Made by a program: the position numbers and the translations under genes. Of a stretch of DNA of 43,980 bases, positions 7,676-15,514 are shown one piece after another; positions within the stretch are counted from its first letter, which is position 1, and each line of letters starts with the position of its first letter. Origin of the DNA: Candidatus Poribacteria bacterium. Lineage in GTDB: Bacteria > Poribacteria > WGA-4E > JAJRTO01. The DNA lies in assembly GCA_024278235.1 (NCBI GenBank), contig JAJRTO010000216.1, positions 1 to 43,980 of the forward strand, in the 5' to 3' direction. Under the pieces are notes generated by a model. It was not told the DNA's origin. It saw only the letters and a list, made by a program, of their open reading frames with translations, and searched no databases.

Positions 7676-9826
7676 CTACAGCGTCCCATCTCCTGTCCCA
7701 TACACTTGCTTATACACTGCGTAGCTATGCATCACGCGCTTGATATGGTTGCGTGTTTCGGTGATGGGAACATCCTCGATGAACTCATCCATATCCTGGA
7801 GGGCAAGCTCCTTCGTCCAGCGTTGCATGCGGCCGGGACCGCCGTTGTACGCTCCGGAGACGAGTTCAGGGCTCTTGAATTGTTTCATCAGCTTGCCCAT
7901 GTACCAGGATCCGAAGCGGATGCTGATGTCCGCCCGGGTGAGCATGGAGGTTCGGAAGTTGCGGATCTTGAGACGTGAGGCGATATCCTTCGCCGTGGCT
8001 GGCATCAACTGCATCAATCCAATCGCGCCCGCATGAGAGACAATATCCGCCTGATAACGGCTTTCCTCGCGGATCATAGCGGCCACGAAGAGCGGATCCA
8101 GTTGAGAATCTGCCGCATGGATGGTGACCAGTTGACGGTAATAGAAGGGATAGATACGCTTGAACAAGGACTCTGGAAGCCGCCCCTGAGTATCACGCCA
8201 ACCTTTCAGCCGTGAGAGACGGTAGGCATAAAGCGATGCCTGACGAAACTTCCGCGCTTTTTCAGAGCACACGATCAAGTAGTAATAGATGGAGGCACGC
8301 TGGGATTCCGCTGTAGAGAGCGCGCTCCGGAGGTCCGCAAGGGCATCATCATAAGCTCGGGCACGGAATAGTAGTGGCAATTGGGGCAGGGGATGGGCCT
8401 GGATCGCATCCAACATTTCGGGAGCGTCATGGGTGAGGGGCGTTCGGGATGGTCTCGAACGCTCTATCTTCCCGTCCCGGACCAATTGCTGGAGTCGTGT
8501 CTCAGCCCGATACATGTAATACCAGTCATTTTCGTCGATGATCTGGGCATAGGTACGGGCTGCGGCTTCCCATTGCTGTAATCGCTCATAGAGCTTACCG
8601 ACCCAATACTGAGCAGCATCGCCCGTACTGGTTTGTGGAAATTTCCTTGCCAGCTTCTGGAAGGTTTGCTTGCTCTGTTGGAAATCTTTCAGCTTGAAAT
8701 AGCACCAGCCAACATTCCAGAGCGCGTCATCCGTGAGCGAACTTCGGGTATATTGGCGTAGCAGTTGCTTATAGGCGTTGATAGCTTCTTTATAGCGTTT
8801 CCGTTTCTGTTCTGTCCGACCAACTTCATAGAGAGCGTTATCCGCCAGGGCACTCCAGGCATAGGTCTTCACAAAGTTCATCAGCAACTGGTTGCTTTTG
8901 GTAACCTGTCCCTTGCGCCGGTAGACCAGCGCGGTCTGGTAGAGAGAGCGTGTCAGATAGCCACTTGCACTGTAGCGATCCCGGATCTTGGCGTACTCGC
9001 GGATCGCATCGTCGTATTTACGTTGCGCCGCATAACTCTGGCCGATCAGATAGACTGCCTGACCGGCCAGTTTATCCCGGTACGTCCCAATAATCTTCTT
9101 CAGTATTTTCCGTGCCTCTGTACGTTGCCGGGAGGCAAGGAGTACTCGAGCATGCTGGAGTCGTTCGGATCGAGTTGGGCGGATAGAAACGGCCTTGCTC
9201 GTGACTATCAAAATGCGTTCGTAAGCCTGCTGAGCCTGATCATCTGTGGCCTTGGCGGTGAGAATCTGCTGATAGGCTCGGTAAGCCTGCTCCCAATCTT
9301 CCAACCCTTCATACGCCTGGGCGCACAGAAACAGTGCGTCCCGGCTTTTCTTGACACCCGATTGCTTATAGACATCCAGGGCCGACGAGTAGTTCTTGAG
9401 TTCGAGTTCCGCCTGAGCAAGACGGTATCGAGCATCCGAAGCTCTGGAGTAGCTCGGGTGGTCCTCTAACAAGCGTCGATACCACACGACAGCATTTGCC
9501 GGATCCTCCAACGCATCGTAGGACTGTGCGATGCGCCATTTCAAATGATCCTGAATCTCAAATCCGTTCTCAAGGGCCACTTTGTAGATAGGAATCGCTT
9601 TTTCCCATTGTTTCTGGATTTGATAGGCGTTCCCCAGCACATAGCGTGTTAGATTCTGATCAGATGGGTTCCGGAGTTTAGGCAGAACTTCCTGTAGAAT
9701 TGGGATCGCTTCCTGATATCGTCCGTCATCTATCAGCGTAAGTGCGTCTTCAAGCGAATCGGTATATCCTGCACGACAGGAGTTCAGCGCAAACAGGATG
9801 CTTAACAATAGGGTTAGCTGACGCAT
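7676..9826 (-). CDS. Soluble lytic murein transglycosylase (TPR/superhelical N-domain + SLT catalytic domain), secreted
   Basis: Signal peptide MRQLTLLLSILFALNSCRA, many TPR-like repeats, SLT motif MIREESRYQADIVSHAGAIGLMQLMPATA ... AYNGGPG. Confidence 0.9.
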   Translation of the reverse strand: MRQLTLLLSILFALNSCRAGYTDSLEDALTLIDDGRYQEAIPILQEVLPKLRNPSDQNLTRYVLGNAYQIQKQWEKAIPIYKVALENGFEIQDHLKWRIAQSYDALEDPANAVVWYRRLLEDHPSYSRASDARYRLAQAELELKNYSSALDVYKQSGVKKSRDALFLCAQAYEGLEDWEQAYRAYQQILTAKATDDQAQQAYERILIVTSKAVSIRPTRSERLQHARVLLASRQRTEARKILKKIIGTYRDKLAGQAVYLIGQSYAAQRKYDDAIREYAKIRDRYSASGYLTRSLYQTALVYRRKGQVTKSNQLLMNFVKTYAWSALADNALYEVGRTEQKRKRYKEAINAYKQLLRQYTRSSLTDDALWNVGWCYFKLKDFQQSKQTFQKLARKFPQTSTGDAAQYWVGKLYERLQQWEAAARTYAQIIDENDWYYMYRAETRLQQLVRDGKIERSRPSRTPLTHDAPEMLDAIQAHPLPQLPLLFRARAYDDALADLRSALSTAESQRASIYYYLIVCSEKARKFRQASLYAYRLSRLKGWRDTQGRLPESLFKRIYPFYYRQLVTIHAADSQLDPLFVAAMIREESRYQADIVSHAGAIGLMQLMPATAKDIASRLKIRNFRTSMLTRADISIRFGSWYMGKLMKQFKSPELVSGAYNGGPGRMQRWTKELALQDMDEFIEDVPITETRNHIKRVMHSYAVYKQVYGTGDGTL

Positions 9827-9885
9827 ATTTGGATACCGTTGTTAGGGATCTCCCCGAGGGTGATAAGGATAGAATCGAATGCTCG

Positions 9886-9915
9886 ATGGTACCATTGTAG
9901 AACGTGCTTTGTCAA
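9886..9915 (-). promoter_or_regulatory. Candidate promoter for the transglycosylase gene: TTGACA-18-TACCAT
   Basis: -35 at 9910..9915 and -10 at 9886..9891 on the minus strand, about 60 nt upstream of the ATG at 9826. Confidence 0.3.
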
Positions 9916-9998
9916 ATCCGGGTTACATGGATGAGAACTTTGCAGAGGCCGTTGGATCCGTGCTCCCTTGATGCCGGGTAAGAGGACGCCTCGGTGTT

Positions 9999-10451
9999 CT
10001 AACACCAGCGTTGCTTATCTACAACATTCTTCAGGGGTTCACCTGCGATGAACCGACGGAGGTTTTCTTTCAGACCCCCGATGTGCCGCTCCCGCGTGTG
10101 GATGTCCACACCCGCTACGTGCGGTGTGATGATAACGTTCTCCATATCCCATAGCGGATGCTCGGATGGCAATGGTTCCGTCTCGAACACATCGAGTCCG
10201 GCGCCTGCGATCTCAGCATTTTGCAGGGCATGGGTCAACGCCTCCAGATCCACGACGCCCCCCCGCGAGATGTTGATCAGATAGGCTGTTTTCTTCATGA
10301 GCCGGAGTTGTGGATCAAAAACTTCATCTGCTGCCTCTCCCTGGTTCATACCATTTTGGGTTTGAAATCCCAGTGTTGGATCTTCCTTGTTGTATGGATT
10401 CGGATGCTTTATAATCGGTCCGTATCCTGAACGTAGAAAGGAATCTCTCAT
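9999..10451 (-). pseudogene. Remnant of a D-isomer-specific 2-hydroxyacid dehydrogenase (C-terminal third only)
   Basis: Family similarity only from about nt 10325 downward: KKTAYLINISRGGVVD ... GAGLDVFETEP ... ITPHVAG. The GxGxxG NAD-binding region and the substrate domain are absent. The first ~42 codons are unrelated sequence, and the ATG shares a TCATGA with the divergent cupin start. Confidence 0.7.
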
Positions 10452-10797
10452 GAAACGTTATACCTTTGCCGATTTGGGGTCTTCCGGTCCTGAACATGTT
10501 GTCAGTCACCTGGTTCCCGGCAAGCGAATTGCGCACGGCGGGTTGAGTTTTCATGCACCGGGTATGCGAACACATTCTGAGGGCAACCATCGTCATGACA
10601 GGGAAGAAGTGTTCTGCATCATGCAGGGCCGGGGACAGCTCGAAATCGACGGCAAGCTAGAACCGATCCACGCAGGAGATGTGCTCGTGATCGAGCCGGG
10701 GGAGGAACATTACATCATCGGCGATCCTGAATACCCAATCGTCAATTGCTGGTTTCACACAACGGATGAGGGGCATCCGAAGCAATACCCGAAATAG
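10450..10797 (+). CDS. Cupin-domain protein
   Basis: HRHDREEVFCIMQGRGQLEIDG ... AGDVLVIEPGEEHYI (cupin motifs 1 and 2). The ATG at 10450 is preferred over the upstream track start at 10387. Confidence 0.8.
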   Translation: MKRYTFADLGSSGPEHVVSHLVPGKRIAHGGLSFHAPGMRTHSEGNHRHDREEVFCIMQGRGQLEIDGKLEPIHAGDVLVIEPGEEHYIIGDPEYPIVNCWFHTTDEGHPKQYPK

Positions 10798-10845
10798 CCG
10801 ACGACGAACACCATCTCCTGAAACCGTTGGTCAATCATCGTCTCA

Positions 10846-12264
10846 CTATTCGCCTGGAATCCATTGGATATAAATGTCACTGTCCTCCCCGTTGCGCTGA
10901 TCCATCCAGGACACGACAAGCCCCGTCGGAATCCATATCCCCTCCGGCTCGCTCTGCTCCGCGTCTGCGGTTGTGACGGGAAGACCGTTGGGTTCCCAGA
11001 GGATATTCCCGTCCTGGTCAACGCGTTGCGCATAGATATGGTCCACGAGCACCATCGCGTAGTCCTCACGATAGTCCTTCCAGAAAATACATGCGCCGTT
11101 CTCTGCAACGATGATCCGGGGTTCTCTCTGCATCCCCTCAGCAAGACAGATCGGGAGTCCGTTCTCCTGCCATAGTGGTGTGCCATCAGCGTTCACGCGT
11201 TGCGCATAGATATCAGAGTAGATATCACGCTCATCCCACCACGTCAGAATGATCCCACCTTGTCCATCGCTGATCGCTGTTGGCTGCTGTTGAGCGTTCT
11301 GAAGAGTGCAGATGGGGACCCCATCTGCATCCCATTGCTGATTCCCATCCGCTCCAAGATGCTGAGCATAGAGATCCCCAATAGGATCCATGCGATAATC
11401 CACCCAGGCGACAATGGCCCCTCCTTGTCCGTCTGATACAGCGAGCGGGCCTCCCTGATTTCCAGCCACAGTGCATACGGGCATACCTGTTTCGTTCCAC
11501 TGCTTTTCGCCGGTAGCACTGATGCGCTGCGCATAGATATCCCAGTCCGGCGTGCTAATATCCCACCATACGACAACAGCGCCGCCTTCACCGTCGTTCA
11601 CGAGTACCGGATCGTATTGGTCACCGGGAATCTGACACACGGCGATGCCGTTCTCACCCCAGAGCATCGTACCATCGGGCGCAATCCGTTGAGCGTAGAT
11701 ATCCTGGTTACCGTTACGCCAATCTTCCCAGGCGGCAATCACTCCTCCTTCGCCGTCCGGGATCAGGACAATATTCTCCTGGAGAGCCGGATCGACACAC
11801 ACGGGGATCCCTTCAGAAGCCCAGAGTTTGTCGCCATTGGCGTCCACGCGCTGCGCATAGATATCCTGACTCCCGTGCCGCGCTTCTCCCCACAGAACGA
11901 TGGCACCTCCACTGTTATCACTGATAGCTTCGGGCCAACCCTGGGCACTGTCTTCGGTGCAGAGTGGGATCCCATTCAGATCCCAGAGAATGTCACCCTC
12001 CGCGTTCAAATGCTGGGCATAAATATCCCGGTTCCCCCTCCGGGCATCCTGCCAGAACACAAAACACCCACCTTCCGCATCCGGTGCCAGCGTCGGAAAG
12101 TGCTGATCGTTTTCGGCGGTGCATACGGGGATGTTCGTGGAAGTATCAAGGGTCCATGCGGCAAGTGCCAGGCCAGTGCTACAGAACCACAGCAGGCAAG
12201 AATAGAACATCTTCCACATCACTGCATTCCATTTCGGGGGTTTCATCCATGCCAGATTTGTCAT
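10846..12264 (-). CDS. Secreted repeat protein: eight ~53-aa repeats (predicted 8-bladed beta-propeller), function unknown
   Basis: Signal-like N-terminus (MFYSCLLWFCSTGLALAAW). Eight units of the form NG(I/L)P(V/I)C-x12-DG(E/Q)GG-x4-W-x7-DIYAQR(V/I)-x2-(D/N)G-x3-W. Confidence 0.8.
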   Translation of the reverse strand: MTNLAWMKPPKWNAVMWKMFYSCLLWFCSTGLALAAWTLDTSTNIPVCTAENDQHFPTLAPDAEGGCFVFWQDARRGNRDIYAQHLNAEGDILWDLNGIPLCTEDSAQGWPEAISDNSGGAIVLWGEARHGSQDIYAQRVDANGDKLWASEGIPVCVDPALQENIVLIPDGEGGVIAAWEDWRNGNQDIYAQRIAPDGTMLWGENGIAVCQIPGDQYDPVLVNDGEGGAVVVWWDISTPDWDIYAQRISATGEKQWNETGMPVCTVAGNQGGPLAVSDGQGGAIVAWVDYRMDPIGDLYAQHLGADGNQQWDADGVPICTLQNAQQQPTAISDGQGGIILTWWDERDIYSDIYAQRVNADGTPLWQENGLPICLAEGMQREPRIIVAENGACIFWKDYREDYAMVLVDHIYAQRVDQDGNILWEPNGLPVTTADAEQSEPEGIWIPTGLVVSWMDQRNGEDSDIYIQWIPGE

Positions 12265-12270
12265 CCCGGA

Positions 12271-13293
12271 TCACGGTCTAATCACCGGGAGCATATTGAC
12301 GTTTACACGTCGCGTGTCACGAAATGAGTTGGTTGAGACCTCCATGACAATGCTGTCACCTTCAGCCGCCGACAGGATCATCGGGTCGCGAACGATCTGA
12401 AGATCGATATTGGGCAGAACCTGTTCCTTTAGAATCCTTCTAAACAGACGCAGTTCAGCAACATCGGATTCTTTTTCTTCTTCCTCCAGGACCATCCCCA
12501 TCTGGCTTTCGACTGTGGGAGCACTTGAGAGTTGATCCATCGGTCCACCAGCCCGTGCTTCGTCGCCAACCTCCACTGTTTCCTCTTTGTGTTCGTCCCC
12601 GGAACGGGTGACCTCCTGGATGTTTTCCTCTGTTGTGGTCAGATCGGCGGTCACCTGAGCATCGCGGAGTTCACGTTCCTGAGCCAGAGGCTGATCGCTT
12701 GCGATGATTTCCCGAACCTCATCGAGCTGTTGGACACGTTCCTCAAGCTGCACCACACGCTCCGCCTCCGCCTCTTCAGCGTTTTCTGCCCGGGCTACCA
12801 CCCGATCTTTTCTTTGGAGCCCATCGGGGTTTAGCTCCGTGGTTTCCGTTGATACCAGCATATCTGTCTGTTGCAGACTATCCACAGCCATCTGTTTTTC
12901 GGCTTCAAGTTCCGCTTTGATGGCACGTGTTTGTTCGATCTGTTGAGTTTGAGCAGATGGTTGCACCGTCTGATATTGTCCTACGGGTCCCACACCTGCA
13001 GCCCCACCTCCATATACAAATTGGGGCATGAAATCGGAAGCGGTTTGCTGGAGTGAAAGAGTGATCACAAACGTTCGGTTTCTTGCGCTGTAATGCGTCT
13101 TTAGGGCTGGGTTGATTTCCACACGTAGGCCAAGTGGGGTCGGATTGATCTCGCGCGCTGCAGCCTTCCACAGCATATCCGCGAATTCATGGACACGTCT
13201 TCTCGGGGCTGCCGGGATGAGCTGGGTCACTTGCTTGAGACACTCTAGCATCTCGTTCATGACAATACCGGATAAAGCAAAAGGCATCGACAT
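12271..13293 (-). CDS. Hypothetical protein with acidic, Gln/Glu-rich coiled-coil centre
   Basis: 340-aa ORF ending 6 nt before the repeat-protein start. No motif I can name. The central ~180 aa are E/Q/A-rich with heptad character. Confidence 0.7.
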   Translation of the reverse strand: MSMPFALSGIVMNEMLECLKQVTQLIPAAPRRRVHEFADMLWKAAAREINPTPLGLRVEINPALKTHYSARNRTFVITLSLQQTASDFMPQFVYGGGAAGVGPVGQYQTVQPSAQTQQIEQTRAIKAELEAEKQMAVDSLQQTDMLVSTETTELNPDGLQRKDRVVARAENAEEAEAERVVQLEERVQQLDEVREIIASDQPLAQERELRDAQVTADLTTTEENIQEVTRSGDEHKEETVEVGDEARAGGPMDQLSSAPTVESQMGMVLEEEEKESDVAELRLFRRILKEQVLPNIDLQIVRDPMILSAAEGDSIVMEVSTNSFRDTRRVNVNMLPVIRP

Positions 13294-13341
13294 TTCGCAT
13301 CACTCCTTAAATATAAGTGGTGAGTAGTGGGTGGTTCGTGA

Positions 13342-14583
13342 CTAGATTCTCTGTTTTGTCTTTTTGCGCTGATAGTTTCGTGCAAGTTCGATAAAGATGC
13401 CAATATCACGGTCGAGATCGGAGGCCGTGCCATCGAAATAGAACGTACGAATCGGCAATCCCTCATGCTCCTCGCTGATACGCGGATAGATCGCCTCACA
13501 GACAATGCCGTTCATGCAGGTAAAGGGACTGATATCGATCACACCATCGGCTCCCTTTTCATAGAGATAGATCGCTTTTCCGACGCTGAGGACCATTTCG
13601 CCGAGCGCACCGATGGCGGGTAAGTAGGGTTCACTGTAAGCAAGGACACGTTCAACATCCGGTTCTTCGTAGCCCTTGAGATCCTCATGCAGGGGTTTGA
13701 GGATCGCATGTTCATCCGCTTGTTGAATCGCTGAACGAATCTTGTTGGCCAGCATCGCCTTCGAGAATCGCCGGCCAGCCAGACGGAGATTCTTGCGTTC
13801 TTCACTCGCTGTGTACCATACCCACTCAGTAATATCAGACAACCATACTTCGCCACCGAATTCTTCTACTTTGCGAATGAGTTCTTCGTTACTGAATCCA
13901 TGATGGCGGCAGAATATCTCCCCGACAACACCGATCAACGGTTTCTGCTCCCCTTTTTTGATCGGGATAGCGCGGAATCGGTCCCTGGCTCGGGTGATCA
14001 CATCAATGAGTTTCTTAAGTCGCGTCTTGTTGTCCGTCTGAAGAGCGACCACATCGCATACTTCCTGGAGGCTCGTTTCATAAACCTCATCGGTATCCCC
14101 TGAGTGGATTTCGTAAGGCCGGGTTTTCAACTGGAGTTTCTGGACAGCGTCAGATGCTATCACAGCACGCCAGCCCGTGCGTACGAAATCACTGTCGCCG
14201 ATACCGGCATAGGCATCCGAGCTTGTTGGCGAAAGAACCAGGATATCTCCATAACCCAGTTCGCGCATTACTTTCTCGATAAAGCCGCCATACTGTCCAA
14301 AACGGCAAGGCCCCCCTGCCGTGGGCATAAAAAACGCCGTCTTCTTGGGATCGAAATCAGGAAGTTGGGCAATCTTGAGGAAGTCACCCAATGTAATACG
14401 CTCTGGCAGACACTCATCCCCCGACGTATAACGTCCTCCGAGTTCCAATGTTTCCTGGTCAGAATCAGGAGCCGTTTCGGCATACAGACCGATCGATTGG
14501 AAAGCGGCTGCCAGGGTTCGGGAGCCACCATAGGACATCTGAGGGATATAGATAGTTCGACCTTCAAGCGATTGCTGACTCAT
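13342..14583 (-). CDS. 2-hydroxyacyl-CoA dehydratase-like subunit (C-terminal half of acyl-CoA dehydratase activase-related / PlsA-PlsR-Ger-type proteins)
   Basis: TIYIPQMSYGGSRTLAAAFQSIGLYAE ... YTSGDECLPERITLGD ... FFMPTAGGPCRFGQY ... ISPFTCMNG. GAAAGG RBS about 10 nt upstream of the ATG. Confidence 0.7.
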   Translation of the reverse strand: MSQQSLEGRTIYIPQMSYGGSRTLAAAFQSIGLYAETAPDSDQETLELGGRYTSGDECLPERITLGDFLKIAQLPDFDPKKTAFFMPTAGGPCRFGQYGGFIEKVMRELGYGDILVLSPTSSDAYAGIGDSDFVRTGWRAVIASDAVQKLQLKTRPYEIHSGDTDEVYETSLQEVCDVVALQTDNKTRLKKLIDVITRARDRFRAIPIKKGEQKPLIGVVGEIFCRHHGFSNEELIRKVEEFGGEVWLSDITEWVWYTASEERKNLRLAGRRFSKAMLANKIRSAIQQADEHAILKPLHEDLKGYEEPDVERVLAYSEPYLPAIGALGEMVLSVGKAIYLYEKGADGVIDISPFTCMNGIVCEAIYPRISEEHEGLPIRTFYFDGTASDLDRDIGIFIELARNYQRKKTKQRI

Positions 14584-14614
14584 TCGTGAAAAGCCTTTCT
14601 AAACTAGTTGCGAG

Positions 14615-14818
14615 TTATGTTCCGGTCAATCCAAGCTCAGCAAGTGAGGAAGCCGTTATAAATCTCTCAGCTATCTTGGTCAACTCATCCTCTGATTCAA
14701 TCTTCTGCACTCTATCAGCAACCTCCTGTGGCAATGGACCAAATTTGACTTGCAGTTGTCGCATCAAAAGCTTTTGCATTCCCTGCCGTTCGAGTTTGTC
14801 AAAGTAGGTTCCTTGCAT
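14615..14818 (-). CDS. Possible nested in-frame small protein (67 aa, DUF4351 tail only) from internal start Met228
   Basis: GGAGGTG (14825..14831, minus strand) lies 6 nt upstream of the in-frame ATG at 14818. Product: MQGTYFDKLERQGMQKLLMRQLQVKFGPLPQEV... Confidence 0.35.
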   Translation of the reverse strand: MQGTYFDKLERQGMQKLLMRQLQVKFGPLPQEVADRVQKIESEDELTKIAERFITASSLAELGLTGT

Positions 14819-15499
14819 TTCTCTCACCTCCTGATATTCTTCCTCTGCGAGTAGACGTTGGAAATCTGTTTCCTCGTCAGGGGTAAGCTGATAACACGTT
14901 GTGATAAAGTTAATCAGCAGTGCTCTTTTGGCTTCGTCCAGAGAACTCTCTCCGACACGACGATAGCACTCTATGAGTAGCAGTGCACGTTCCCGCTCGC
15001 CGCTGTCCATCAATGACGCAAATCCCCATGAAATCGGATTGTCCTCAGCCCAATAATCATCCACCGATATGCCAGGCAAGCCAATGTGAAAATAGTTGAA
15101 GCTGAGGAGTTCGTGACCAAACAGTTCCTCACAGTATGCTTCCTGTTCAAAACCTTTAACCTTACGTTCAGGTAAAATGGCGATAGGAAAGACGGACAAT
15201 CGGTGACGTAACCGCAGCAGCACGTAATACTCGAACATCCGATAGGGAAAGGTACATCGCCACGGATGTTCCACCTCAACGTGGACTAGAATCAACTCAG
15301 GTTCACCCTCGTGCGTTGCAACCTTCGCAACAAGGTCAGCCGTTCGGCGTGAACCCTCCGGTACATTGGTAAACACCTCTTGCTCCAGAAACTCGATCTC
15401 TCGCCAGTTCAGCCGGGATGTAACCTCTGGAAAGAACAGTTCGATGAATTCCTTGAAGAACGTCTTCAGTAGATCTTTGAAAAGTTGATCATACGTCAT
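14615..15499 (-). CDS. Rpn/YhgA-like PD-(D/E)xK nuclease ('putative transposase') with DUF4351-like C-terminal tail
   Basis: N-terminus MTYDQLFKDLLKTFFKEFIELFFPEV, nuclease core RRTADLVAKV ... ELILVHVEVEH, tail LLMRQLQVKFGPLPQEVADRVQKIESEDELTKIAERF. Sampled lines are more AT-rich than the flanks. Confidence 0.75.
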   Translation of the reverse strand: MTYDQLFKDLLKTFFKEFIELFFPEVTSRLNWREIEFLEQEVFTNVPEGSRRTADLVAKVATHEGEPELILVHVEVEHPWRCTFPYRMFEYYVLLRLRHRLSVFPIAILPERKVKGFEQEAYCEELFGHELLSFNYFHIGLPGISVDDYWAEDNPISWGFASLMDSGERERALLLIECYRRVGESSLDEAKRALLINFITTCYQLTPDEETDFQRLLAEEEYQEVREMQGTYFDKLERQGMQKLLMRQLQVKFGPLPQEVADRVQKIESEDELTKIAERFITASSLAELGLTGT

Positions 15500-15514
15500 T
15501 TAGTATCGGTAACG

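Noticed and set aside
8765-9469. Long antisense or alternative-frame ORFs: 8765..9469 here, and likewise 755..1351, 3008..3634, 7014..7640, 11617..12327, 25325..25924, 27428..28030, 38701..39474, 41501..42025 and 42464..43201
   Set aside because: Each fully overlaps a gene with clear family motifs. Their translations are low-complexity or Arg/Ser/Cys-rich with no motifs, which is typical of shadow ORFs.
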